The translations under genes were made by a program, and so were the position numbers. DNA of 64,000 nucleotides from the NCBI GenBank assembly GCA_038064195.1, contig JBBTTO010000002.1, positions 630,615 to 694,614 of the forward strand, read 5' to 3'. The notes beneath the pieces were generated by a model that had not been told where the DNA came from, ran no database searches, and worked only from the letters and a program-made list of their open reading frames with translations. How positions within the stretch are numbered: position 1 is the stretch's first letter; each line of letters opens with the position of its first letter. Of this stretch, positions 49,522 through 57,723 are shown in pieces. This DNA is from Patescibacteria group bacterium (lineage in GTDB: Bacteria; Patescibacteriota; Microgenomatia; Levybacterales; UBA12049).

Positions 49522-50811
49522 TCAGACTGGATAGCCTGTTTTAGCTAATTTCATTCGCTCGAATTTATCAGCCATCCATCCGTTAGGTGTCGTCGTTAGT
49601 TTAGTCGCATAAACCAGAAAACCATTTCTGACGGTATGGTCACCGAACCTATCGTTAAGCGCGTCGACTACTTTGACAATTTTTTCCTTTTTACGATCTT
49701 CGGGAAGAAGAGTAAGCGGAAGATACTTATTATCCTCCAGTAATCCTGCCCAGACATTCAGCCGTCTGACATAGCCGACCGGTAAGCCTCCGTACTTTTG
49801 CTTAAGGATCTGCATACTCCAGTTAAAAAAGTCCGAGCCGGTATCACTGTATGTTTGCTGGGTAATATGACCATAAGCATTATACGCTCCGAAAATTCCT
49901 ATGCCTATGCTTCTGGCTTTTTTGTTAAGACGGCGCAATTTAAGCCCTATCTCCTCATATAGCTCATAGATGTTTTGCAAGACGATACGTTGATCATGCT
50001 GATTGGTAGCCAAACAATATTGTCTCCCGACAGACTTGACAGTCGGCTCCTGTGTATAAGGGAGGACAGGACGGGGATCGATACCTTGACCGACATCATA
50101 AAGGAAATGCCCTTCTACGTTACCGAACTCTGCTATTAAAAATGTCAAAGGAGCCCGGCGTAACTGCAATAAATTATAAATACCCATAAGCTGTAACCTG
50201 GCTTCAATCCTCGGGCCGATACCGCAGATATCCTGTAATGAGGCCGCGCTGTAGACACTCTCTAGCTGGCTTGGCTTGATAATGACCAGACCGTCAGGTT
50301 TTTTGAGGCCTGAGCCCAATTTAGCCAAAAGCTTGTTATATGAAGCACCTACTGAGACGGTGAGATAGTCACCCAACTCCGCTCGGACTCTTTTTTTAAT
50401 AGCAGCCACAAAATTTTCCACAGTGCCATAGAGATGGATACTGTAGGTAGCATCCATAAATAACTCATCAAGTGAAAAAACCTCGATAAAAGGCGAAAAA
50501 TCTTTGCAAATATCAATAAATTTTTTACTGATCTCCCAGTACTTCCAAAAATCAGCAGGAACAAGCTGAATAGTAGGGCAGATACGCAGCGCATCATACG
50601 TACGGGTAGCTGTGCCTATACCTAACCTCTTAGCTTCACGACTGGAAGCAATGATACAAGTCCTGCCATGAGTAGCAGTCACACCTATAGGTCTGTTACG
50701 AAGAAGGGGATTGCATTGTTGTTCACAGCTTGCAAAAAATGAGTCAAAATCAATATGGAGGATAGTACGTTTGGTTGAATTAGTTGCTTTCTCCATCAAA
50801 AGTATCCTCAA
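49522..50811 (-). CDS. dinB: Y-family DNA polymerase (DinB/UmuC-like)
   Basis: ILHIDFDSFFASCEQ…, SLDELFMD, and GIGPRIEARL HhH motifs. 429 aa. Confidence 0.8.
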   Translation of the reverse strand: MRILLMEKATNSTKRTILHIDFDSFFASCEQQCNPLLRNRPIGVTATHGRTCIIASSREAKRLGIGTATRTYDALRICPTIQLVPADFWKYWEISKKFIDICKDFSPFIEVFSLDELFMDATYSIHLYGTVENFVAAIKKRVRAELGDYLTVSVGASYNKLLAKLGSGLKKPDGLVIIKPSQLESVYSAASLQDICGIGPRIEARLQLMGIYNLLQLRRAPLTFLIAEFGNVEGHFLYDVGQGIDPRPVLPYTQEPTVKSVGRQYCLATNQHDQRIVLQNIYELYEEIGLKLRRLNKKARSIGIGIFGAYNAYGHITQQTYSDTGSDFFNWSMQILKQKYGGLPVGYVRRLNVWAGLLEDNKYLPLTLLPEDRKKEKIVKVVDALNDRFGDHTVRNGFLVYATKLTTTPNGWMADKFERMKLAKTGYPV

Positions 50812-51028
50812 GTATCCAAAAGAGAGTAGTCGTGTTCAGACTCAGACGAAAATACAGATTACCAGCACTAACACTGAAGATATGGTAAAGAGTGCGGCCT
50901 GACTCACGAGTGTGATGATTACCGATCTTCGTAATTGTATAAATTCGGCTTCGCCATTTAAGCCGCCAAGGAAATGCTTTTGACTTTGTATGATCATAGA
51001 TAGTAATAACACTTACTTTTTCATTCAT
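50780..51028 (-). CDS. hypothetical small protein between the lexA-like gene and the Y-family polymerase (uncertain)
   Basis: 82-aa ORF (MNEKVSVITIYDHTKSKAFPWRLKW…) overlapping the polymerase start. Sits where UmuD/YolD-type accessory genes lie in mutagenesis cassettes. No motif recognised. Confidence 0.3.
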   Translation of the reverse strand: MNEKVSVITIYDHTKSKAFPWRLKWRSRIYTITKIGNHHTRESGRTLYHIFSVSAGNLYFRLSLNTTTLFWILEDTFDGESN

Positions 51029-51170
51029 TATTAAAACTCGAATACCAAATATCGAAATCCGAAATAATACTCAAATCAGGATGTTTAAAATTCAAAACGT
51101 TTTTGTCATTTTTATTTAGAAAATTTGGATTTGTTTCGGGTTTCGTATTTCGTGCTTCGAATTTAGCTAG

Positions 51171-51740
51171 CTACCTATACTTTCTGATAACACTGGCGAC
51201 TATCCCTCCGATGACGAGGCTTTCTTTGGGCTCTATGACGGGATAGTCAGGATTGGCGGGGGCGAGATAGATCCTGCCGTTTTGTTTTTGGAAATACTTG
51301 ACCGTCCATTCGCCATCGACATTGGCTGCGACTATATCACCGTTACGGGGGGGTGCGTCTTTTTCTACGATGACGATGTCTCCATCATTGATCCCTTCTC
51401 CGCTCATCGACTCTCCTCTGACGGTCAGTGAGAAAATATCTCCCGGCATATCAAGGAGATATTCATAGAAATCAATGCTATCTCCCAAGGATCCCTCCAC
51501 AGGGGCCGGATAGCCTGCCCTGATCAGACCCAAGTGGGGGATATGAAAGAGTTTCTTGGGAAGGAGCTTACCCTTTTCATCCTTCGCCAAGATATCTACC
51601 TCGACCAATTTATTGACGAGATAAACTGCCGCGTTTTTAGATGAGTAGCCGAACATATCACAGATTTCCTGATATGAAGGCAGGCGACGCTGTACTTTAT
51701 AAAATTTACGGAGTTTTTTAATTGCTTTCTCTAAATCCAT
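51171..51740 (-). CDS. second LexA-like S24 peptidase repressor (LexA/UmuD/CI family paralog)
   Basis: Start taken at MDLEKAIKKL… (51740); the track ORF extends to 51800 across a GC hairpin. wHTH (YQEICDMFGYSSKNAAVYLVNKLVEVDIL), Ser motif GESMSGEGI, Lys motif VKYF. Confidence 0.75.
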   Translation of the reverse strand: MDLEKAIKKLRKFYKVQRRLPSYQEICDMFGYSSKNAAVYLVNKLVEVDILAKDEKGKLLPKKLFHIPHLGLIRAGYPAPVEGSLGDSIDFYEYLLDMPGDIFSLTVRGESMSGEGINDGDIVIVEKDAPPRNGDIVAANVDGEWTVKYFQKQNGRIYLAPANPDYPVIEPKESLVIGGIVASVIRKYR

Positions 51741-51880
51741 AAAATAATTTTCCCTTATAATCCCTCTCCTTGAAGGAGAGGGCAGCCTGCCTGCAGGCAA
51801 CGGGTGAGGTCTGCTTTAAGCCTCACTGTACATTTGTATTGTCTTTCGTCACCCCTGGTGATGCACTCTATTGTACGAAT

Positions 51881-51896
51881 GTACAAGAAGTATAAT
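51881..51896. promoter_or_regulatory. perfect-arm 16-bp palindrome TTGTACGAATGTACAA: candidate operator overlapping the predicted −10/+1 of the lexA-like/polY operon
   Basis: Arms TTGTAC/GTACAA are exact reverse complements. On the minus strand a TTGACG-18-TATACT promoter-like pair lies immediately 5' of it. Confidence 0.4.
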
Positions 51897-52009
51897 GTGT
51901 ACGTTCGTTCAACGTCAAGATGACAAAGTAGATCAATATGGATAAAAAAATGAAGAGAATGAGTAGGCGAGGCGGACCAATAAAGGTCCGCCTCGCCACA
52001 AAAGTTGCT

Positions 52010-52555
52010 CTATGGGATATCGGGCTTCTCATCTGCGATTCTCTGTTCCCGTTCAGAAAGTGCAGACGCTGGTAGCGTCTCTGATGGAGATGTTGATTCC
52101 TCTCTAGGTGCCAGAGGATCACCAACCACTCTCACCACTTGAGCACGAACCTTTTCGAGATTGACTCCGAGTGACTCGAGTACGCCGGCTCCAATTCCTT
52201 CGCCTTCCCGGACAAGTCCGAGCAAGATGTGCTCAGTGCCGATGTAGTGATGGTTGAGCTGACGAGCTTCATCAATTGCAAGCTCGATAATCCTTTTGGA
52301 TCGAGGAGTAAGGCTGATCTCACCAACGACAGCTTCTTCTCCACGCCCAATGATGAACTCAACGGCAGAGCGAACTTTATGTAACCGAACTCCCATGTTT
52401 TCCAGGATGCGTGCTGCCACCCCATCTCTTTCCCGAACGAGTCCGAGGAGGAGATGCTCAGTGCCGATATAACCATGGTTGAAGCGCAACGCCTCTTCCT
52501 GAGCCAACGTGAGCACCTTTCGTGCTCGACGTGTGAATTTATCAAAATCAGACAT
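52010..52555 (-). CDS. standalone Clp N-terminal (Clp_N double-repeat) domain protein
   Basis: Two Clp_N repeats: FTRRARKVLTLAQEEALRFNHGYIGTEHLLLGLV and LTPRSKRIIELAIDEARQLNHHYIGTEHILLGLV. ATG at 52555 preferred over track start 52807. Confidence 0.7.
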   Translation of the reverse strand: MSDFDKFTRRARKVLTLAQEEALRFNHGYIGTEHLLLGLVRERDGVAARILENMGVRLHKVRSAVEFIIGRGEEAVVGEISLTPRSKRIIELAIDEARQLNHHYIGTEHILLGLVREGEGIGAGVLESLGVNLEKVRAQVVRVVGDPLAPREESTSPSETLPASALSEREQRIADEKPDIP

Positions 52556-52833
52556 GAGATTGGTCCTTTCAACGTGAGCGGCTTGCCTTTTCTCCCAATT
52601 GAGCAAAGGTCGCCGTACAAAAACTCTATGCTTGATAAAATTTTTATACAGCAACCCTTGCAAGAGCAACTTGTTAAGGTACGTAATAAGAGAAAGAACG
52701 CAATTGTTCTTTCCTTGGAGGGAGTATAGCAAATATAAGATGCAAAATAAACCTATAGTCAGTATGTTTTGGGTTGATTCGCCTTGTAGCTTATTTGACA
52801 AGCCCAAAAGCCATATCTATACTTCAAAAGACT

Positions 52834-54393
52834 ATGCCTCTTGCAAATGAGACACAACCATCGCCAGCTACTGACTTTTCTGCCCAGGTAGTTGATATAC
52901 CTAAATTGGAGTCTACACTTACGAGTCTTACATCTTTTACCAAGGAAAGACCACAGATTGTTCCAGGAGCTATTGACACAACAGCGAGAGAATTCATTGT
53001 CAAAGCAGCTGAAGAGGCAAATACTTTTAAGACAAACTTTGAGAAGCAAGAAAATATTCTTACTCCTTCTGAAAGAACAAGAATTAGTGAATGGGTGCGT
53101 AAAGATGAAGGCGAGACAGGGATGCATCAATTAGAACAATTGGGTAGAGCCTGCATCCGTCTCTGGAGCAGCGTGGGGAGATCAACAGGCACAGAAACAG
53201 AGAAAAAAATGTCAGGGCTTCCGGGACATGATAAAAGACATTTACTCCAAGACTTAACTGCCGGGTTACAATTTCGAAATGATGTCGTAAGTGCAGAAGC
53301 TGGAAACAAAGATGAATATCAGAAAATCGGACTGATTGGTTCGTTACTTCATGATGTAGGTCGGTTAGCGGAGGAACGGGTTGTCGGAACACCTGTAGGA
53401 GGAGAGCAAGGAGACAAACATACTGAACTTTCATTCTATATCGCTAAGCAATTATTTGATGCTTTCCCTCAACTTGATCAGGCAGTAAGAGATCATATTC
53501 TTTATTCAATTCTAGTACATCAAAAATGGCCAAATAAATCAGAAGAGGAAACAATAGGCTATCAAATGACCATGAATGAACCGCTTAACCGAAGCGTAAT
53601 GGGTTCCGATAGACTTCAACTGGTAGGCCCCGAAGCAATTCTACGCTTTATTGGCTTTGATATTGGAGAATCAGACAAGCCACTGGATTTTGATACCAAA
53701 GTCAAACCAGAACGCAAAGAGGCATTAGATAACAAAGCTGAAACAGATCTGTCAGAACATATTGAATTCTACATGCGTAACCTTCTTCCAGTTGAAGTGC
53801 CGGGCAGTCCGCAAGCAGCCAATAACGCTGTTAATCAGCGTTGTAATCTACTTCGGGCTATTTCAGGTGCGTATCTTTGGTTATCATCAAGTGATGAAAT
53901 CCGTAAGCAAATTTTCGCCCCAGAGCTAGCCCGGGACAGAGGAGAAACAGTTGATGAGGTTAAATTAGCGACCAATAAAAAGCGTATTCTTTCTAAGGAA
54001 ATTTGGGGGGAAATTAAAGGTCAGATAGCTGCCATTGAGTTTCCTGATATTCAAACCGGAATAAAAACGGAAGTTCAACAATTGACGAGCACAAAATCCC
54101 TTGAAGAGATTGTTATGAGTTTTGTTAAGGCCGAAAATGCATCAACTACCCAAAAAGGGATAACAAAAATTAAAGAAAAAGTAGGGAAGATAACTGACCC
54201 AGCAGCTACTGAGCGACTAAAGGTAGGGATCGGATACGCTCTAGCTATGCGTGATCGACTTTCTAGAAATACTTTAAAAACGATCTCTGCGATGAATAAT
54301 GACCTACCCCACTTCCCGGCGCATAGTTTGGAAAAATCATTCTCTCAATTCGTCCTCAATAACTACCCAGTAACTTTACAGCAAGCAACCTGA
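52834..54393 (+). CDS. large HD-domain protein (divergent)
   Basis: H…HD…H…H…D pattern: GHDKRHLL, GSLLHDVGR, DKHTEL, ILVHQK. About 300 aa of C-terminal sequence without recognisable motifs. Start at MPLANE preferred. Confidence 0.5.
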   Translation: MPLANETQPSPATDFSAQVVDIPKLESTLTSLTSFTKERPQIVPGAIDTTAREFIVKAAEEANTFKTNFEKQENILTPSERTRISEWVRKDEGETGMHQLEQLGRACIRLWSSVGRSTGTETEKKMSGLPGHDKRHLLQDLTAGLQFRNDVVSAEAGNKDEYQKIGLIGSLLHDVGRLAEERVVGTPVGGEQGDKHTELSFYIAKQLFDAFPQLDQAVRDHILYSILVHQKWPNKSEEETIGYQMTMNEPLNRSVMGSDRLQLVGPEAILRFIGFDIGESDKPLDFDTKVKPERKEALDNKAETDLSEHIEFYMRNLLPVEVPGSPQAANNAVNQRCNLLRAISGAYLWLSSSDEIRKQIFAPELARDRGETVDEVKLATNKKRILSKEIWGEIKGQIAAIEFPDIQTGIKTEVQQLTSTKSLEEIVMSFVKAENASTTQKGITKIKEKVGKITDPAATERLKVGIGYALAMRDRLSRNTLKTISAMNNDLPHFPAHSLEKSFSQFVLNNYPVTLQQAT

Positions 54394-54394
54394 T

Positions 54395-54775
54395 ATGACC
54401 AAAGGAATTTTATGGATTGTACTGATAGAAGAATCCAAACAAAAATTACTTGAAACCGTTCCTGCCAAATATCCTGTGCTATTTGCAAATCACATCACAC
54501 TTTTCTACGATGTGGAATTGACCGGAGAATGGAAAGGACTGGTAGAGAAGCGAATAGAGCTTAGTTTGAAGACACATTGTTACGACCACCAGATCCAGGC
54601 TGTCACAGTCGATATAGGCGATTTGCCCTGTCAAAATCTTTTTCCTCATATCACAATCTCTGCTCAAGAGGGGATTAAGCCTTTCATATCAAACGCAATG
54701 CTTCAGGGAGTTCATAGTTCACAGTATGTAAAAGAAAGTCTGCAGGGAGTAGTTGAATTTGCAGAGTTTGAGTGA
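54395..54775 (+). CDS. 2H phosphoesterase superfamily protein (LigT / cyclic phosphodiesterase-like)
   Basis: Two H-x-T-x motifs about 60 aa apart (ANHITLFYD and FPHITISAQ) in a 126-aa protein. Starts 1 nt after the HD gene stop. Confidence 0.5.
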   Translation: MTKGILWIVLIEESKQKLLETVPAKYPVLFANHITLFYDVELTGEWKGLVEKRIELSLKTHCYDHQIQAVTVDIGDLPCQNLFPHITISAQEGIKPFISNAMLQGVHSSQYVKESLQGVVEFAEFE

Positions 54776-54776
54776 C

Positions 54777-55328
54777 TTATTGCGTCGGGTCGAGGAGGAC
54801 CCAGTTGCGTGATACTGCGGGTTCACTGCAGAGGTTGCGATTAAAACAACATGGTCTACGCATCCCTTTATTGAGTTTGTCGAGTGCAATCTCAATATGT
54901 TTTTGACGGGTCTCCGGAGTTTTGACAGCACGTATCCATCTGATCCAATCCCAACGCGCTAGTGGAGTTATATCTTTCCAGAGTTCCTCGGCTTTGTGAG
55001 AAGTAGACAACGCTTTTTTTAAATCCTCAGGAACTTCCGGTTCTATCCACTCTTTGGTAGGTGTAAGCGAAACTTGTACAGTATCGCCAGCTCTAGCATG
55101 AGCGTCATCAAGCAACTTTTTATCAGGGGCAAACCAGTGGCTCGGTTTGAACCCTGCTCCATACTTTCCATCGGGTTCAAGCAAGGTCTTGAAAGGAACA
55201 CCGTTGAGGGTACCTACTACCATTGTCATACCACGGGATGGGAGCTTTGCAGAGGCATACTCTGGTAGTCTCAGGATAATCCAGGAGTTGATTTTGAAAA
55301 GCGTAGCTTCAAATTGAATTGGAGGCAT
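54777..55328 (-). CDS. DUF1905 / YdeI-OmpD-associated family protein (locally GC-rich)
   Basis: 183 aa. Family call by resemblance (…GMTMVVGTLNGVPFKTLLEPDGKYG…WIRWIRAVKTPETRQKHIE…). Confidence 0.6.
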   Translation of the reverse strand: MPPIQFEATLFKINSWIILRLPEYASAKLPSRGMTMVVGTLNGVPFKTLLEPDGKYGAGFKPSHWFAPDKKLLDDAHARAGDTVQVSLTPTKEWIEPEVPEDLKKALSTSHKAEELWKDITPLARWDWIRWIRAVKTPETRQKHIEIALDKLNKGMRRPCCFNRNLCSEPAVSRNWVLLDPTQ

Positions 55329-55405
55329 ATGAATACAGTTTAGTTTAAGGACGTCGCGTCAAACGCGACTCCTCGTCAATCTCGGGGGAACCGAGTTTGA
55401 CTCGT

Positions 55406-55444
55406 GGGTAGGGTAGCGAATGATGTCCGGACTTATTATAGCAA
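55406..55444. repeat. 39-nt repeat, copy 1: GGGTAGGGTAGCGAATGATGTCCGGACTTATTATAGCAA; reverse complement carries TTGcTATAAT
   Basis: Identical to 56762..56800. Lies about 80–115 nt upstream (minus sense) of the DUF1905 gene start. Confidence 0.7.
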
Positions 55445-55505
55445 ATTAGGGCTTAAAGAACTTGAGTTTTATAAACAATCTTTTACAGCACTGTAATCCA
55501 AAGAA

Positions 55506-56291
55506 TTAATAATTATTAGAACATTCATGCCCATAAATCTCTTTAGGGATTTTGTATTGCTGAACAGGCTTACAAGAAATTATATTTTGTCCAGTCCACA
55601 CTTCTTGCCATTGTCCATTGACCTTTACTGCATACCAAGCTGCACCTCCAGCATATCCACCCACTCCACCAGTAGCATAGTTTCCTACTAACTTACTTAC
55701 ACTCACCATAGTATTCGGGTCATTTTTAGGATTAATCACGGGAGCTAACTCTTTTCGCCAAGCCAATTCTTGTTCATCAACTGTGCCGCAAAAAAAACTT
55801 CCAAAAGGGTCAGACTGAGGAGACAAGCCAATTAAACACTTAACATCATTAAGTTCATATCCATAATTTGTAGCTAAGGAATTTTTCTTATCGTTTGCCC
55901 TACTAAGATTAAAGCCATTTTTTACAAAGAAATTTTCACCCGTAGACTGGAGTGGCTGTAAGGATGTTTCTGTAATCTCACTGATATCAGAAAAGTTACC
56001 ATATTTGCCCATATAATTGTTTGCAAATGTACCAATTCCAAAGCGATACCCTTTTAAAGGAACAACCTGATTATTTGCATCAATCCAATCAATACTTTTA
56101 GTCTCAATGATTGGAGCTGTAGTCGAAATAGTCCTTTGTAAGGAGGATAGTGTTGACTGTGCTGACGTAGTGGTTGAATTTGAAGCTGTGTTATTGTTTC
56201 GTAGCAAATATATCCCTAATAATCCCAGAAGAACAATTAGAGCTATTCCTAATAATTTTGTGTTTCCTATTTTTGTCTTTTTCTTTCCCAC
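55506..56291 (-). CDS. hypothetical secreted/membrane-anchored protein
   Basis: 261 aa with an N-terminal TM (LLGIALIVLLGLLGIYLL), Ser/Thr-rich linker and Gly/Tyr-rich C-terminus. Confidence 0.45.
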   Translation of the reverse strand: MGKKKTKIGNTKLLGIALIVLLGLLGIYLLRNNNTASNSTTTSAQSTLSSLQRTISTTAPIIETKSIDWIDANNQVVPLKGYRFGIGTFANNYMGKYGNFSDISEITETSLQPLQSTGENFFVKNGFNLSRANDKKNSLATNYGYELNDVKCLIGLSPQSDPFGSFFCGTVDEQELAWRKELAPVINPKNDPNTMVSVSKLVGNYATGGVGGYAGGAAWYAVKVNGQWQEVWTGQNIISCKPVQQYKIPKEIYGHECSNNY

Positions 56292-56375
56292 AAATTCAGT
56301 ATGACATAGAAATAGTAAAAATCAATAGAATTGCCAGGTTCGAGTGCGGTCTTGGGGTGAAGTAGTTTGATATAT

Positions 56376-56672
56376 TTACCTGAGGTTAATTTTACTTTTA
56401 CTTAGAGTTTTAAGTTTTTGTAAGTCGCCATTGATTAGCGCCTCTTTTTTAGCTCTCGACCAGCCTTTAAGCTGAGTTTCTCGATGCATTGCTTCAAGCC
56501 TAGTAGCATATTCCTCACTATAATCAAGCTGGAAACCATGACTATCTTTTGTGAACTTTGCTGCTTTCCAATCTTTTGTTATATGCTGCTTGGTCCGAGC
56601 GTTAATATTATTTGTTTGGCCAACATATAGCTCGTTAGAAGAACTTCGAAGAATGTAGACAAAGTAGGGCAC
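56376..56672 (-). CDS. small standalone GIY-YIG nuclease family protein (GTG start)
   Basis: PYFVYILRSSSNELYVGQTNNINARTKQH…. More divergent than the other two paralogs. AAGGAG lies 14 nt upstream of the GTG. Confidence 0.65.
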   Translation of the reverse strand: MPYFVYILRSSSNELYVGQTNNINARTKQHITKDWKAAKFTKDSHGFQLDYSEEYATRLEAMHRETQLKGWSRAKKEALINGDLQKLKTLSKSKINLR

Positions 56673-56761
56673 AGATAGTTCTTCGACTCCTTTCAGTCGC
56701 TCAGAACATTCGCCTCGCTTTTAAATGGTTGGAAACCATGAGCGAGCAAGGCGAGTCGAAT

Positions 56762-56800
56762 GGGTAGGGTAGCGAATGATGTCCGGACTTATTATAGCAA
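56762..56800. repeat. 39-nt repeat, copy 2 (identical to 55406..55444)
   Basis: Lies about 90–130 nt upstream (minus sense) of the GIY-YIG gene 56376..56672. Confidence 0.7.
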
Positions 56801-56846
56801 TCTCAAAGCACAAGAGTTAGTGTTTTATCAAACGGCATTTCCAAGT

Positions 56847-57500
56847 TTATGAGGACTTTTCGTTGTAAATCTTATATTTGCCGTCACCAATAATGCTTAC
56901 TTTGTTGTCTTGCACTAGGACTGCAGCATAGTCATCAACAGCGTAAATTTGATTTTGTGTTGTTTTACTATATTCCCCAACCGACTCATAGGAAATCATA
57001 TCTGGAACGTGGGGTGAAAACTCAAAATCAACAACACTTAATCCTGTAAAATCTTGCATTCCTATATTATTTACATCTCCAGGCTCAACACCAGCAATTG
57101 CGATAGTTGGAGTCACTACAATCCCACCTGCACTTACACCAATATATAACTTATTCTCTGAAAGAAACTTTTTCAGTGCTCCTTCAAATCCACTTTTTCG
57201 CATCCAATCGAGAAGAAAAAAGGTGTTTCCACCGTTCACAAAAAGCATATCCTTTGAAGAAAGCAATTTCTTAAGCTCATCTTGATTTATGTTTCGTAAG
57301 TCCAGGTTTTCAATATTGGTAATGCCTTGTTGGCTAAGTTGGTCTCTAAATTTCCCAAACCAATCTGGGTTACTCTCGTCACCGTATGCTGCTGTTATGT
57401 CAAAGGCAACAGAATACTCCGACGCTGGTTTCTGAAGAAGGGTAGGAAATATATCAACTATTTTTCCTCTTATACCATTGGATGTAAGAAGAAGCGTCAT
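56847..57500 (-). CDS. peptidase S51 (dipeptidase E-like)
   Basis: FVNGGNTFFLL and GVSAGG motifs. 217 aa. Confidence 0.7.
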   Translation of the reverse strand: MTLLLTSNGIRGKIVDIFPTLLQKPASEYSVAFDITAAYGDESNPDWFGKFRDQLSQQGITNIENLDLRNINQDELKKLLSSKDMLFVNGGNTFFLLDWMRKSGFEGALKKFLSENKLYIGVSAGGIVVTPTIAIAGVEPGDVNNIGMQDFTGLSVVDFEFSPHVPDMISYESVGEYSKTTQNQIYAVDDYAAVLVQDNKVSIIGDGKYKIYNEKSS

Positions 57501-57577
57501 ACTTGAAATTATAGCAGAAGTTCAAATCCCATCTTGGGATGAAATAGTCTGATACACAAACTCGAGGCTAAAAAACT

Positions 57578-57653
57578 TGGGGTGGCTGACGGGGATCGAA
57601 CCCGCGACATTCAGGACCACAACCTGACGCTCTACCACTGAGCTACAGCCACC
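57578..57653 (-). tRNA. tRNA-His(GTG) with genome-encoded G−1 and CCA
   Basis: Reverse complement GGTGGCTGTAGCTCAGTGGTAGAGCGTCAGGTTGTGGTCCTGAATGTCGCGGGTTCGATCCCCGTCAGCCACCCCA. The extra 5' G pairs with C73. Anticodon loop TTGTGGT. Confidence 0.85.
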
Positions 57654-57723
57654 AAGTAACCCTGAAAGTATATCATATCTGAGGCTAAGATGCTGTATTT
57701 AATAACCTAAAATAAGAGGCAAG

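Noticed and set aside
56292-56375. GGTTCGAGT T-loop-like motif between the secreted-protein gene and the GIY-YIG gene
   Set aside because: No complementary T-stem or acceptor can be built; probably coincidental.
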